Shown: positions 55,805-64,000 of the stretch, in pieces
Layout: the number at the start of each line of letters is the position of its first letter
How positions within the stretch are numbered: position 1 is the first letter of the stretch
Source: an uncultured Chloroflexia bacterium
Lineage (GTDB): Bacteria > Chloroflexota > UBA6077 > JACCZL01
Length of the DNA stretch: 64,000 nt
Direction: 5' to 3'
Assembly: GCA_963765765.1 (NCBI GenBank)
Contig: CAVXYC010000014.1
Location: 96,001 to 160,000 of the forward strand
Translations under genes and position numbers: made by a program
Notes under the pieces: generated by a model
The model's input: only the letters and a program-made list of their open reading frames with translations
Databases searched by the model: none
Told to the model about the DNA's origin: nothing

Positions 55805-57146
55805 ACGGGGCTTCAGCCAACCAGTCGATGACCGCAGCGGCGGTCCAGGACTGTCTTCTGGATCCCAACGGCGCGCCGGAGAACGGGTGAAAGTACTCGG
55901 CACACTCGGCTCCCGGCTGACTCAGGAGCCGCAGGTTCGCCGTGCGCAGCGCATTGGCGGCGGCCTCGCTGCCGTTGCGGCGCAGTCCCCACCACAGCAG
56001 ATAGTTTGCAACGGGCCAGGATGGACCGCGCCAATATGTTGATTCTCGAAATCCGACGGTTCCGGGCGCCGTGCTGGGAACGACTGGCAGTGAAAGCTCT
56101 CCATTGCCGGTAAAGTCAGTCGACTCCAGCCTCGCGACGGCGCGCCGATACATATCAGCATCGCCGTTTGGCAGCAGCAACGGCGCCAGGCCTGCCCAGG
56201 TCACCACGGGGATCGGTTCACCGGTCAAGTAGTCCTGGTCAAGCGCCAACGAGCTGGAGGCGTCCCATGTGCTCTGTACACCAGCTGAGAATTTTCCGGC
56301 CAGACCGCGCAGCTCTGAAACGATCGTGCCGTCCAGGCCGAGTGTCTCGTAGACATCTGCGAGCGCGGCGTTGGCGACCGCGAAAATCGCACTGAAGAGC
56401 GCGTCCTTCACGAGGAACGGGTGACGTGCATGCGCCACTTCGTCATCGTAGCCACTGCTCTCCAGTGACTGAACGAGCCAGACGTAGCAGTCGTACTCTG
56501 AATTGCTCGGGCGCTGACTCGGATCGGCCACGTGCGCCAGGTCACGGCGAGTGTATGGATGGACGTTACCCACCGCAACGCGTGCGAGCGGCGCGTCCCA
56601 CCGCGGCGAGTTGTCCGTGCCGCTCTCCCACGGATGATAGATCGTAATGAGACCACGCCGATCAGGATCGCGATGCTCGGCGAGATAACGGTGCCATTGG
56701 AGAAAGCGGTCGGCGAGGCGTGCGATCTGGGCACGCCGACGCGGCTCCTCGCCACTCAGCTCGAGGATACGCGCAAGTGCTAGGGCATGGACGGGCGGCT
56801 GGATGATCCCGCTCGTTAAGGGATTGTTGGGCGCGCACGACGAGCGTCCTGGACAATTCCAGCGCGCCGCGTCCGGAAAGTAGGCATCGGCCTGGACCTC
56901 GGGGTTGTATGCGATGTGAGGGATGCGACCATCGGTCCACTGCGCTCGAAGCAGCGAGCTCAGCTCCGTCAATGCACGATCCACGTCGATGCGCGCCAAC
57001 CCGATGGCGATGAACGCGCTATCCCAGCTCCACTGGTGCGGGTAGAGCCGGGGCGCCGGCCGCGTCCAGGCGCCAAGATCGTTCTCACGAAGGACGCCGA
57101 CCGCCTCATCCCAGAGGTCAGCGTGAAGGTCCGTCACCACGCTCAC
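55803..57146 (-). CDS. GH63/MGH1-like glycoside hydrolase (glucosylglycerate/mannosylglycerate hydrolase-like)
   Basis: PAPRLYPHQWSWDSAF, SGIIQPPVH, HPWESGTDNSPRWD, YWRGPSW, AEYFHP, QSWTAA. GTGA overlap with the upstream gene. Confidence 0.88.
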   Translation of the reverse strand: MSVVTDLHADLWDEAVGVLRENDLGAWTRPAPRLYPHQWSWDSAFIAIGLARIDVDRALTELSSLLRAQWTDGRIPHIAYNPEVQADAYFPDAARWNCPGRSSCAPNNPLTSGIIQPPVHALALARILELSGEEPRRRAQIARLADRFLQWHRYLAEHRDPDRRGLITIYHPWESGTDNSPRWDAPLARVAVGNVHPYTRRDLAHVADPSQRPSNSEYDCYVWLVQSLESSGYDDEVAHARHPFLVKDALFSAIFAVANAALADVYETLGLDGTIVSELRGLAGKFSAGVQSTWDASSSLALDQDYLTGEPIPVVTWAGLAPLLLPNGDADMYRRAVARLESTDFTGNGELSLPVVPSTAPGTVGFRESTYWRGPSWPVANYLLWWGLRRNGSEAAANALRTANLRLLSQPGAECAEYFHPFSGAPLGSRRQSWTAAAVIDWLAEAP

Positions 57147-58519
57147 GTGATCCTCGCAATTCCGCGGATGACGCGTAGCAGCGACTCGGCGCCCACGCCA
57201 ATAAGAATCGAAGTCAGCGTGAGCAATGGCATGTAATAACGGGCCCAATCAAGACCAAGGTTCCAGGCCAGCCCAACCGTTGTCACCGCGCAACAGAGCA
57301 GCATAAAGCCATCGGGCCCCAACGTCTCCTGCTCACTTCGACGGCGCACTAGCCGATAACCGAGCGTCGCCAATCCCAGCACCACGAGCGGCAGGTCCAG
57401 GGGCGCGTTGAAGCGCTTGTTCAGGGTGGCAAGCTCGACCAGTGTTCGCTCAGCCACCAGGGGCAGCCGCGCGGCTAGTCCGGGCGGGACGGCTTCATTT
57501 TCACTCAGCGCCGCCTGACCGAACATTTCCTGCGTGCGAAAGGCGAACATCTGTTGAAGGCGATCCGCGGGATTGGGATAGAGGAACGGGTTCATCGCTA
57601 CCATGATTACCATCGAGGCAATGACGGCGAGCATGGACCAACGCCACGCCACGGCAGAGACGAGCGATCGGCGGGGCAGCCAGAGGATGAGGGCTAGCAT
57701 GGCGTAGGCAAGGATCGTCGCGGCCAGTAGCACGGCGGTAAGTTTGACGGAGATGGTGAGCCCTGCCATGACCCCACAACCCAGCCCGAGCCAGAGACCT
57801 CGACGACCGGGCACCGCTCGCGCCGCCAGCAGAGCGAGCAACAGCGTCGCCAGCGTTCCGAAAAACAAAGGTGCTTCAGCATGGGCACGCGGAAGAAGCG
57901 TGAGCATGGTGGGGTTCCAGATAGCGATACACGCCGCCACCACCCCGGCCACGGGCCCGGCAAGCACGCGACCGATGACGTAGAGCAAGCCGGCCGCAAG
58001 TGTCGAAAGCAGGATCATTGGCGCACGGGCGGCCTGGAGCTGGGCATTGCTGGGACGGTCGATCCGTCGCTCTTCCGCCAACTTGCGCTCATCGCGATAA
58101 GTCTCACGCTCGAGATATCGGCCGCGTGTCGCCGGATTGACTTCCGCCTCGCGGTGGTGAATATCCAGCGGTGGTGGCGCCACCCCTGCAAATCGAATTC
58201 CTGCGCCAAGAATGAATCGGGAGAGCATGGGCTGCGTGAGGGTGTAGTAGTTCGGCGCCCAATTTGGGCCACTGAGCTCATGCTTGAGAAAAGCAATGTC
58301 GAAGTACTCGGAGGCGGCTATAAACTGCCCCTCGTCTGTGTTGTATCCAACCCGCGCTGCCGTTGGGATATAGACGGCCACCGCCGCAACCAGCATACAA
58401 GCGAAGAGCACCGGATCAAGCCAGCGACTGGTAGACGCGGCGCGAAGCCCCGGAATGGTTAACAATGGTGCCGACGTTCGCGCGGAGCGCGATTTCGGGG
58501 CGGCGGCGCGCGCGCTCAT
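57143..58519 (-). CDS. GT-C-like membrane glycosyltransferase
   Basis: YNTDEGQF loop after TM1, QPMLSRFILG, AARAP, AEAP, SVKLT, WARYYMP. Confidence 0.72.
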   Translation of the reverse strand: MSARAAAPKSRSARTSAPLLTIPGLRAASTSRWLDPVLFACMLVAAVAVYIPTAARVGYNTDEGQFIAASEYFDIAFLKHELSGPNWAPNYYTLTQPMLSRFILGAGIRFAGVAPPPLDIHHREAEVNPATRGRYLERETYRDERKLAEERRIDRPSNAQLQAARAPMILLSTLAAGLLYVIGRVLAGPVAGVVAACIAIWNPTMLTLLPRAHAEAPLFFGTLATLLLALLAARAVPGRRGLWLGLGCGVMAGLTISVKLTAVLLAATILAYAMLALILWLPRRSLVSAVAWRWSMLAVIASMVIMVAMNPFLYPNPADRLQQMFAFRTQEMFGQAALSENEAVPPGLAARLPLVAERTLVELATLNKRFNAPLDLPLVVLGLATLGYRLVRRRSEQETLGPDGFMLLCCAVTTVGLAWNLGLDWARYYMPLLTLTSILIGVGAESLLRVIRGIARIT

Positions 58520-61260
58520 GAGCGATCCGAAAGCGGGGTGAGCGCGGACTGAGTCAGAAGGTACGGCTGCCGTTCGGGCATCGCCGCCTGCAATCGCCGA
58601 TTTTCTTCAGGTCCGCGGTCTTTCGCGAAGATGATGGAGCCATCCAGCCTGGGCGAATTGAGCCAGAAGACCGACGCGTATGGCTGCCAGCTTCCTCGGG
58701 GCTCATCGCGCACGAACACCAGTCCGCGATCGATTCCAGCGTCCCGAACCAGCGCGGCGCGGCGTCCATTAACCCCGAGGTAACCCCGATACTCGCCCAC
58801 TTGCTGTGGAAGGTACATGCTCACGTTGAATGCTACCAGGGCTACCAGAGCCACACCGGCATAGAGGGCGCTTCCACGAGCGCTTACGGCCGTGAGCGAA
58901 GCAAGCACCTGGAAGCCCCGAATGGATAGGAGACAAAGTGGACCGAGCGCTTCGTAGTAGTAGCGCGGCCCATAGGCCATGCCTCGATTCCAGTAGAGAA
59001 CGTACGCGAGCACCAGAGCCGCCGTAATGGATAGTAGCCAGTAATCGCGGTGAGTAGCGCGTCCCATGATGAACGGAATCATCGCTGGCGCCAGGGTCAG
59101 GTAGAACGGCCAGCCGAAGAGGTGCCGTTGAAGCTCGGTGAGTCTATCCCAGGTATCGTGCAATCCCATCGCGGGATCGTGCCATCCGTCAGCGCCGACC
59201 CCAGCACCAAAGCCGATCGTATCGTAACTCCACCACAGGGATTGTGGACTCACCAACATGCTCCCCGTAGTGGCCTGTTGGAAGTAGAGCAATAGAAGTA
59301 ATGCGGGAACCGTCCCAGCCGCCATGGCAATCACAGTGGCGAGCCGCTCACGCAGGCTCACGGCTGGATTGAAGATGATCCAGAGACCAAGGCAGGCGGC
59401 CAATGCAACACCCGTGAGCTGACGTGTACAGAGGATCGCTCCGAGAAGAACGCCGAGGATGACGGCGTTGGATACCACTCTCATCCCAGCCTTCTCTATG
59501 GGCAAGGGCGAACCTCTGGCTATCCGTTCGAGGGCTCCATCTGCCTCTGAAGGAGGGTCTGGATAAGGCGGACTCGAACGCCCCCACATCAATCGGGCAG
59601 CCAGCAGCATAGCCGCAAGAGTCAGCACGAGCGACGTCGGATGCGCCAGGAACGAGCCACTCATGAATAGGAAAAATGGCGAGCTGAACAAGAGACCCGC
59701 GGCCAGTAGTCCGATGCCCCGCCCGTAAAGCCGCCGGCCGAGAAAGCCCAGCAGCGCGACGGCGGATCCCGCGAGCACCGGCCCCACCAGCCAGGGCGCA
59801 CCCGCGAGCACACCGATGGCGAGCACCAGGGGGTGGCCCGGGGGATACTTCCCGAACCACCTACCCTGGTGCTGCACAATGAAGTCTTCCTTGAAGAATT
59901 CGGGAAGGTCCGGAACAGGCGCTGTTACAGCGCCCGATGCAAACAATCGCGCTTGGAACAGGTACGCAACAGAATCGCGGTCGTGAGGGACGCCCTCGAA
60001 GACGCTCACAGAAATCCAAGCTGTAACAAGTATCGCGAGAATGGCCAGCGAGGCAATCCCCACCGTGAATCTTGTAACTGCGGGCATCTTGCCCGCCAGA
60101 GCAGCGCTGGAGGTTATGTCCCCGCGGTCATCGAGCTCTCCATCAGCAATCACAGCGCTATGCGCGCGGGCAGGATGCCCATCGCTACGGGGACGAGCCT
60201 TCCAACCGGCTGAGCCGAGATGCAGCCGGGACACCAGCAGTCCCACCGCTACCAGTAGCAGCGCAAAGAGCCAGGTCCGCCCCAGCTCACGAACCACCGA
60301 CTGGAGCGCCGCGATCCAGTCCTTTCGAAAGGGGCTGCCGCTCTTCTCGAGCTCCTGTACCACGCGACCATCCCGCACTCGACTGAGCGAGAGATCGCGC
60401 GACTCCGGTTCGGCCAGGGCCTGATAGGCCTCACCATCGTGCACGCGGGCCAAAACCGCAAACGGTGTGATCGGGCGCAGCGCTTCAACCCGGATGGTAG
60501 TCGCTCGGAATGATCCCTCGGCCATCGGCACCTCAAGCGGGGAATTCAACTGCCAGAGTGGTCCGGACACGGTCCGCGATTCGCCATCAACCTCGAGTGC
60601 GGTAGGGGCCAGACCAGATCGATACCCGGAGTAGGCGGGCGCCACCAGTGCGTCTAACCAGGGGACGGACTGCAGCCGCTCCGGTAAGGCCCGTGCTGGC
60701 CGACTAACATCTGCGCCTGCCATCCACACCGCGGCGCTTCCCTCCGGATACCGGGAATCGCGGGCCTGAACTGGGTCACCGCCCGCACGAACCTGGATCC
60801 GTTCGGATTGAACCGTCACTGTTATAGGGACACGCTCCATCAGTGACCACCCTAACGCCGCGCAAGCTAAGACGTTAAAAGCGAGAATCCCTTTGAGACG
60901 CTCACCGGAAGTTGCGAATCCCAGAGCGACCAGCGAGCTCGCCGCAACAAGCACAACGCTCCAGGATTGCTCCAGTTCACGAATCGCAAGTACAAGCAAC
61001 AGTACTGCGCAAGCGGCAGCTATCAGAGTAAGAGTGCGGTCAGCTGGTCTCAATTGAGCACTCTTGATGCCTGTAAACCGCGCGACAAGCTGTGAAATCT
61101 GTGATGAAACTTTGACAACAGGATTGCTGGACGCTCGCGTGAGTTTGGATGCACAATGGTCGCAGGTCAGTGCCCGCACTATTGACATTGCATGTGTCAT
61201 AGCGGACCGACTCGACGCGGCAGGGTCAACGGATAGGCGCGTCAGCGGTTTCATGGTCAT
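58516..61260 (-). CDS. Large GT-C-like membrane protein with N-terminal extracytoplasmic domain
   Basis: PHDRDSVAYLFQARLFASG, FGKYPPGHPLVLA, SFLAHP, TRQLT, YGPRYYYEAL; ATGA overlap with the next gene. Start is uncertain. Confidence 0.75.
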   Translation of the reverse strand: MTMKPLTRLSVDPAASSRSAMTHAMSIVRALTCDHCASKLTRASSNPVVKVSSQISQLVARFTGIKSAQLRPADRTLTLIAAACAVLLLVLAIRELEQSWSVVLVAASSLVALGFATSGERLKGILAFNVLACAALGWSLMERVPITVTVQSERIQVRAGGDPVQARDSRYPEGSAAVWMAGADVSRPARALPERLQSVPWLDALVAPAYSGYRSGLAPTALEVDGESRTVSGPLWQLNSPLEVPMAEGSFRATTIRVEALRPITPFAVLARVHDGEAYQALAEPESRDLSLSRVRDGRVVQELEKSGSPFRKDWIAALQSVVRELGRTWLFALLLVAVGLLVSRLHLGSAGWKARPRSDGHPARAHSAVIADGELDDRGDITSSAALAGKMPAVTRFTVGIASLAILAILVTAWISVSVFEGVPHDRDSVAYLFQARLFASGAVTAPVPDLPEFFKEDFIVQHQGRWFGKYPPGHPLVLAIGVLAGAPWLVGPVLAGSAVALLGFLGRRLYGRGIGLLAAGLLFSSPFFLFMSGSFLAHPTSLVLTLAAMLLAARLMWGRSSPPYPDPPSEADGALERIARGSPLPIEKAGMRVVSNAVILGVLLGAILCTRQLTGVALAACLGLWIIFNPAVSLRERLATVIAMAAGTVPALLLLLYFQQATTGSMLVSPQSLWWSYDTIGFGAGVGADGWHDPAMGLHDTWDRLTELQRHLFGWPFYLTLAPAMIPFIMGRATHRDYWLLSITAALVLAYVLYWNRGMAYGPRYYYEALGPLCLLSIRGFQVLASLTAVSARGSALYAGVALVALVAFNVSMYLPQQVGEYRGYLGVNGRRAALVRDAGIDRGLVFVRDEPRGSWQPYASVFWLNSPRLDGSIIFAKDRGPEENRRLQAAMPERQPYLLTQSALTPLSDRS

Positions 61261-61433
61261 TTGACCGCGAGTTTACTCGTCGAGTACCATGGCCGACACA
61301 CTGCAGGGTACGGAGGTGAATGGGAGGGAACGACGTTACTCTCGTCGGACGCACAATCCGGCACGGGTTTCCTAGCGCCGCCACGCGCGGCCGTACACTT
61401 GCATCTTATTGGACAATGGAGAAAGGGGATCTC

Positions 61434-61987
61434 ATGCGAAAGGCGCTTTTCGTAGGACTTAGCGCAATGATGGTAGGCGCAGTATTTGCTGCACCGGCCA
61501 GTGCGCAGGGCGGGCCGACAGCGGGTGGCTCGTGTGGGTACAAGGCGGGTGAATATGGTCTGAACAACCTTTCCCCGCTGGACATCCGCAACCCGAATCG
61601 TGGCGGGATGAACGTCGGCACGATTCATACGCAGGTTGAGTACTCAGGCGTCCAGCCGGGCACCGTTCTGACCATCCTCACCACGTCGGGCTCCAATGTG
61701 ACCGGTCCGGATCTGGGCGCCACGGGCGCAATTCGCACCCTGACGGCGCAGAGCTCGTCCGGCACGCTCGCGTTTAGTTCCACGCAGACCGAGAGCGGCG
61801 CAACCCGTTATCCAGTCACGCGGTCGTGGCGTTGGCGGTGCACTCCACACTGAGAAGAAGGGCTCCTCGAAAAACGGCGGTACCGCGTCGGCTGGCCAGA
61901 GCAGCGGCGCAGAACCTGTACTTCTTCCAGACCTGGATGGGTGACAAGCTCATCGGTCAGTTCACCTGCGGTGTTGAGGATCGATAA
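61434..61987 (+). CDS. Secreted hypothetical protein, frameshifted
   Basis: AAAGGGG RBS; signal peptide MRKALF...APASAQ; stitched C-terminus YFFQTWMGDKLIGQFTCGVEDR*. Confidence 0.65.
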
Positions 61988-62005
61988 CTCGAGCCTCTAG
62001 TCTAC

Positions 62006-62046
62006 AAAAAGAACCCCGCTCGTTTGACGAGCGGGGTTCTTTTTTT
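62006..62046. terminator. Bidirectional intrinsic terminator
   Basis: AAAAAGAACCCCGCTCGT-TTG-ACGAGCGGGGTTCTTTTTTT. Confidence 0.9.
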
Positions 62047-62074
62047 GTTTCGGATTTAGATCCGAGAGCGGCGG

Positions 62075-62182
62075 TTACTCGCCCTCTTGCTGCTGCGAAT
62101 CGGTGTCCTGGGTGTCACCGGGATCGGACAGCTCAAGGTTACCTTCGGGATCTTCGATCTCGTAGAACGGACGCTCGAACAT
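62075..62182 (-). CDS. 35-aa acidic small peptide
   Basis: AGGAGGAG RBS, ATG, MFERPFYEIEDPEGNLELSDPGDTQDTDSQQQEGE*, terminator about 30 bp downstream. Confidence 0.6.
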   Translation of the reverse strand: MFERPFYEIEDPEGNLELSDPGDTQDTDSQQQEGE

Positions 62183-62392
62183 GATGCTCCTCCTGCTTAT
62201 GCGGCGCTGTGGCCGCGCGATGTTCCGATCGATCCCGACGATGTAATATCTCAAGATTCGGAAGCGAAAGGCACGCTGACTGTAGCACAATCGCAATACC
62301 CGGTAAAGTATTCCAAGACACACTTTTTACACGCGAAATTACCCACCTAACTGCGGCAAGACCTGCTTTAAAAACTCCGCCCTCATCACGTT

Positions 62393-63577
62393 ATGGCAGT
62401 CACCTCTGGCTCCACGATCGCAGAGCACCAATCACGGCGCGCAAAAGGCAGCAGGCCTCCTCTTGGCGCACGAGTGGCCCTCGTTCTTTTGGGAATTCTC
62501 GCGCCACTGCTTCTCGTTGAAATAGGCTTGCGCATCGCGGGCCCTCTCCTTCCGGGTGAGTATCAAACGGCTAGCTTTGTCGAGACTCACCCTGCCTTTG
62601 GTCGTCGAAATAAGCCAGGAGCGGGTTGGAAAAAGACATCAGAGTACACCTCCTGGGTGGAGATCAGCTCAAAGGGATTGCGCGGACCGGAAGCCGAATT
62701 TGCCAAGCCGGTGGGAGAGTCACGCGTACTCGTTCTCGGCGACTCATTTACCTTTGCGGAGCAGGTGAATCTGCCCGACACATTCGTCCAGCTCCTGGAA
62801 GATCAGCTGAACTCATCCGGTCAGGCGACGTACCGTGTCCTCAATGGCGGATCGAACGGCTGGGCCACGGCAAACGAGTTGATCTATCTGGCAAAGGAAG
62901 GCGTCCGTTACCAACCGGATGTGGTGGTGTTGGCGTTCTACGTGGGCAATGACATCTCGGATAATTTCCGCCGAGTGGCCGCTGCTCGGGATGCCGAGGA
63001 AGCCGATCTTGCACTCCGTGGAGTAGACGCGCTGGAGGGCTTTCGAAAGCTCGCCCGAGCCTCTGAGACCTACACGCTCTTTGAGTCGGGCGTGTTGTCC
63101 AAAATTCTTCACCTCAATTCCTCTTCCGATGCAGACTCGTCAGAAGCAGCTATCAGATCCGCCCCGAAGACCGCCGAGGACGGAGTTGAGGCCTGGGCAA
63201 TTACTGAAGGCCTGATTCGCCGGATGGATCAGATCGCCAGAAGCCAGGGCGCGCGATTCGTCGTGATGGTCATCCCATCAGCGGACCAGGTGGCCGGCAA
63301 CGTCCGCAACCGCGACGAGCAAGACGATCCGGACGATGACGACACGGTGTCCGCACCGGGCCTCGATAAGCCACAAGAGAGGCTGAGCGAGATTACCGGG
63401 CGTCTGGGCGTGCCGACCCTGGACCTTCTGCCAGATCTGCGACGCCAGGCCACCCGCTCACGCAACCGTCTGTATTATCGGCAGAATGCCCACTTCACGG
63501 CCGCCGGCCACGCACTGGCGGCTCAGCAGCTCTATGAGTTTCTGATTGCAGAGAGGATGGTACAGGTCAGAGGCTAA
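62393..63577 (+). CDS. Membrane-anchored SGNH/GDSL hydrolase family protein (AlgX-like)
   Basis: N-terminal TM (LLVEIGLR), VLVLGDSFTF, VLNGGSNGW, PDVVVLAFYVGND, NAHFTAAGH. Confidence 0.85.
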   Translation: MAVTSGSTIAEHQSRRAKGSRPPLGARVALVLLGILAPLLLVEIGLRIAGPLLPGEYQTASFVETHPAFGRRNKPGAGWKKTSEYTSWVEISSKGLRGPEAEFAKPVGESRVLVLGDSFTFAEQVNLPDTFVQLLEDQLNSSGQATYRVLNGGSNGWATANELIYLAKEGVRYQPDVVVLAFYVGNDISDNFRRVAAARDAEEADLALRGVDALEGFRKLARASETYTLFESGVLSKILHLNSSSDADSSEAAIRSAPKTAEDGVEAWAITEGLIRRMDQIARSQGARFVVMVIPSADQVAGNVRNRDEQDDPDDDDTVSAPGLDKPQERLSEITGRLGVPTLDLLPDLRRQATRSRNRLYYRQNAHFTAAGHALAAQQLYEFLIAERMVQVRG

Positions 63578-63634
63578 GCAACCCCTCATCGATTGGCCTA
63601 TCCTTCCCTTCCGCACACTTGAGTATTCTTCCTA

Positions 63635-64000
63635 TCACATCAGCACCCGCTCGTCGCCGACTCTTCGAGTGACACGGCGCTCATCGAGATGAGACATGAG
63701 TGCAAGGGCGTAGCGGCGGCTGGTTCCCAGGATATCTCGCACCTGCGCGACGGAGATTTGGCCATGCTCCCGTATGGCAGCCACGATAGCCTGTGTGATC
63801 GTTTCATAGGTCTCTCGGTCGTACACAAGGTCGTTGGACACGGCCACGAGATCGCCTCGGACGATCAGCGCGTCGATCAACTCTTCTGAAAGCTTGAATT
63901 CGCTCTCGAGATCCTGACGCGTTGGCGGCGATGCACCGGCGGAGCGCAGCTCGGTCAGCAGAGCAGCCGATGAGAGACGCTGCTGCTCACTTAGCTGGAC
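63635..64000 (-). CDS. selB: Selenocysteine-specific elongation factor SelB, C-terminal winged-helix part
   Basis: ISVAQVRDILGTSRRYALALMSHLDERRVTRRVGDERVL* is the SECIS-binding WH4 signature. Confidence 0.88.
   Translation of the reverse strand, partial: VQLSEQQRLSSAALLTELRSAGASPPTRQDLESEFKLSEELIDALIVRGDLVAVSNDLVYDRETYETITQAIVAAIREHGQISVAQVRDILGTSRRYALALMSHLDERRVTRRVGDERVLM

Overview
This is a GC-rich bacterial chromosomal window. Gene content and style suggest Chloroflexota, which is an inference only. Many single-base frameshifts fall in otherwise intact conserved genes, most likely uncorrected long-read errors. (1) 1-10.3 kb: DUF2079-type membrane protein, FAD amine oxidoreductase, two tandem Mo-hydroxylase large subunits with a MmgE/PrpD gene, and a Tat-exported GH-A glycosidase. 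(2) An elongator tRNA-Met(CAT) at 10364 is an integration hotspot. A decayed 4.5-kb element is bounded by a 47-bp direct repeat of the tRNA 3' half. It holds a truncated tyrosine integrase, an HNH remnant, putative arm-type repeats and a sugar-dehydrogenase cargo gene. A second integrase remnant follows immediately, then about 16-20 kb of accessory DNA. (3) The accessory DNA includes a tandem PLAT-like protein, a fasciclin, a galactose-oxidase-like/lectin fusion and duplicated gene remnants. The best candidate novel system is also here: a cyclase-STAND-TPR gene coupled to a Crp regulator, with two perfect TGTGA-N6-TCACA boxes facing a small divergent unknown gene. (4) 31.6-49 kb: solute-binding protein, ECF sigma/YciI, DUF72, a hydantoinase/amidohydrolase/cupin cluster, an FHA-LCP fusion, icd and mdh. 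(5) 49.5-64 kb: four GT-C-like membrane glycosyltransferases, yitJ, GH63, an SGNH protein, an orphan 35-aa acidic peptide and the 3' end of selB. Several unrelated palindromic REP/MITE-like elements occupy intergenic spaces. No CRISPR array, rRNA or reverse transcriptase was seen.
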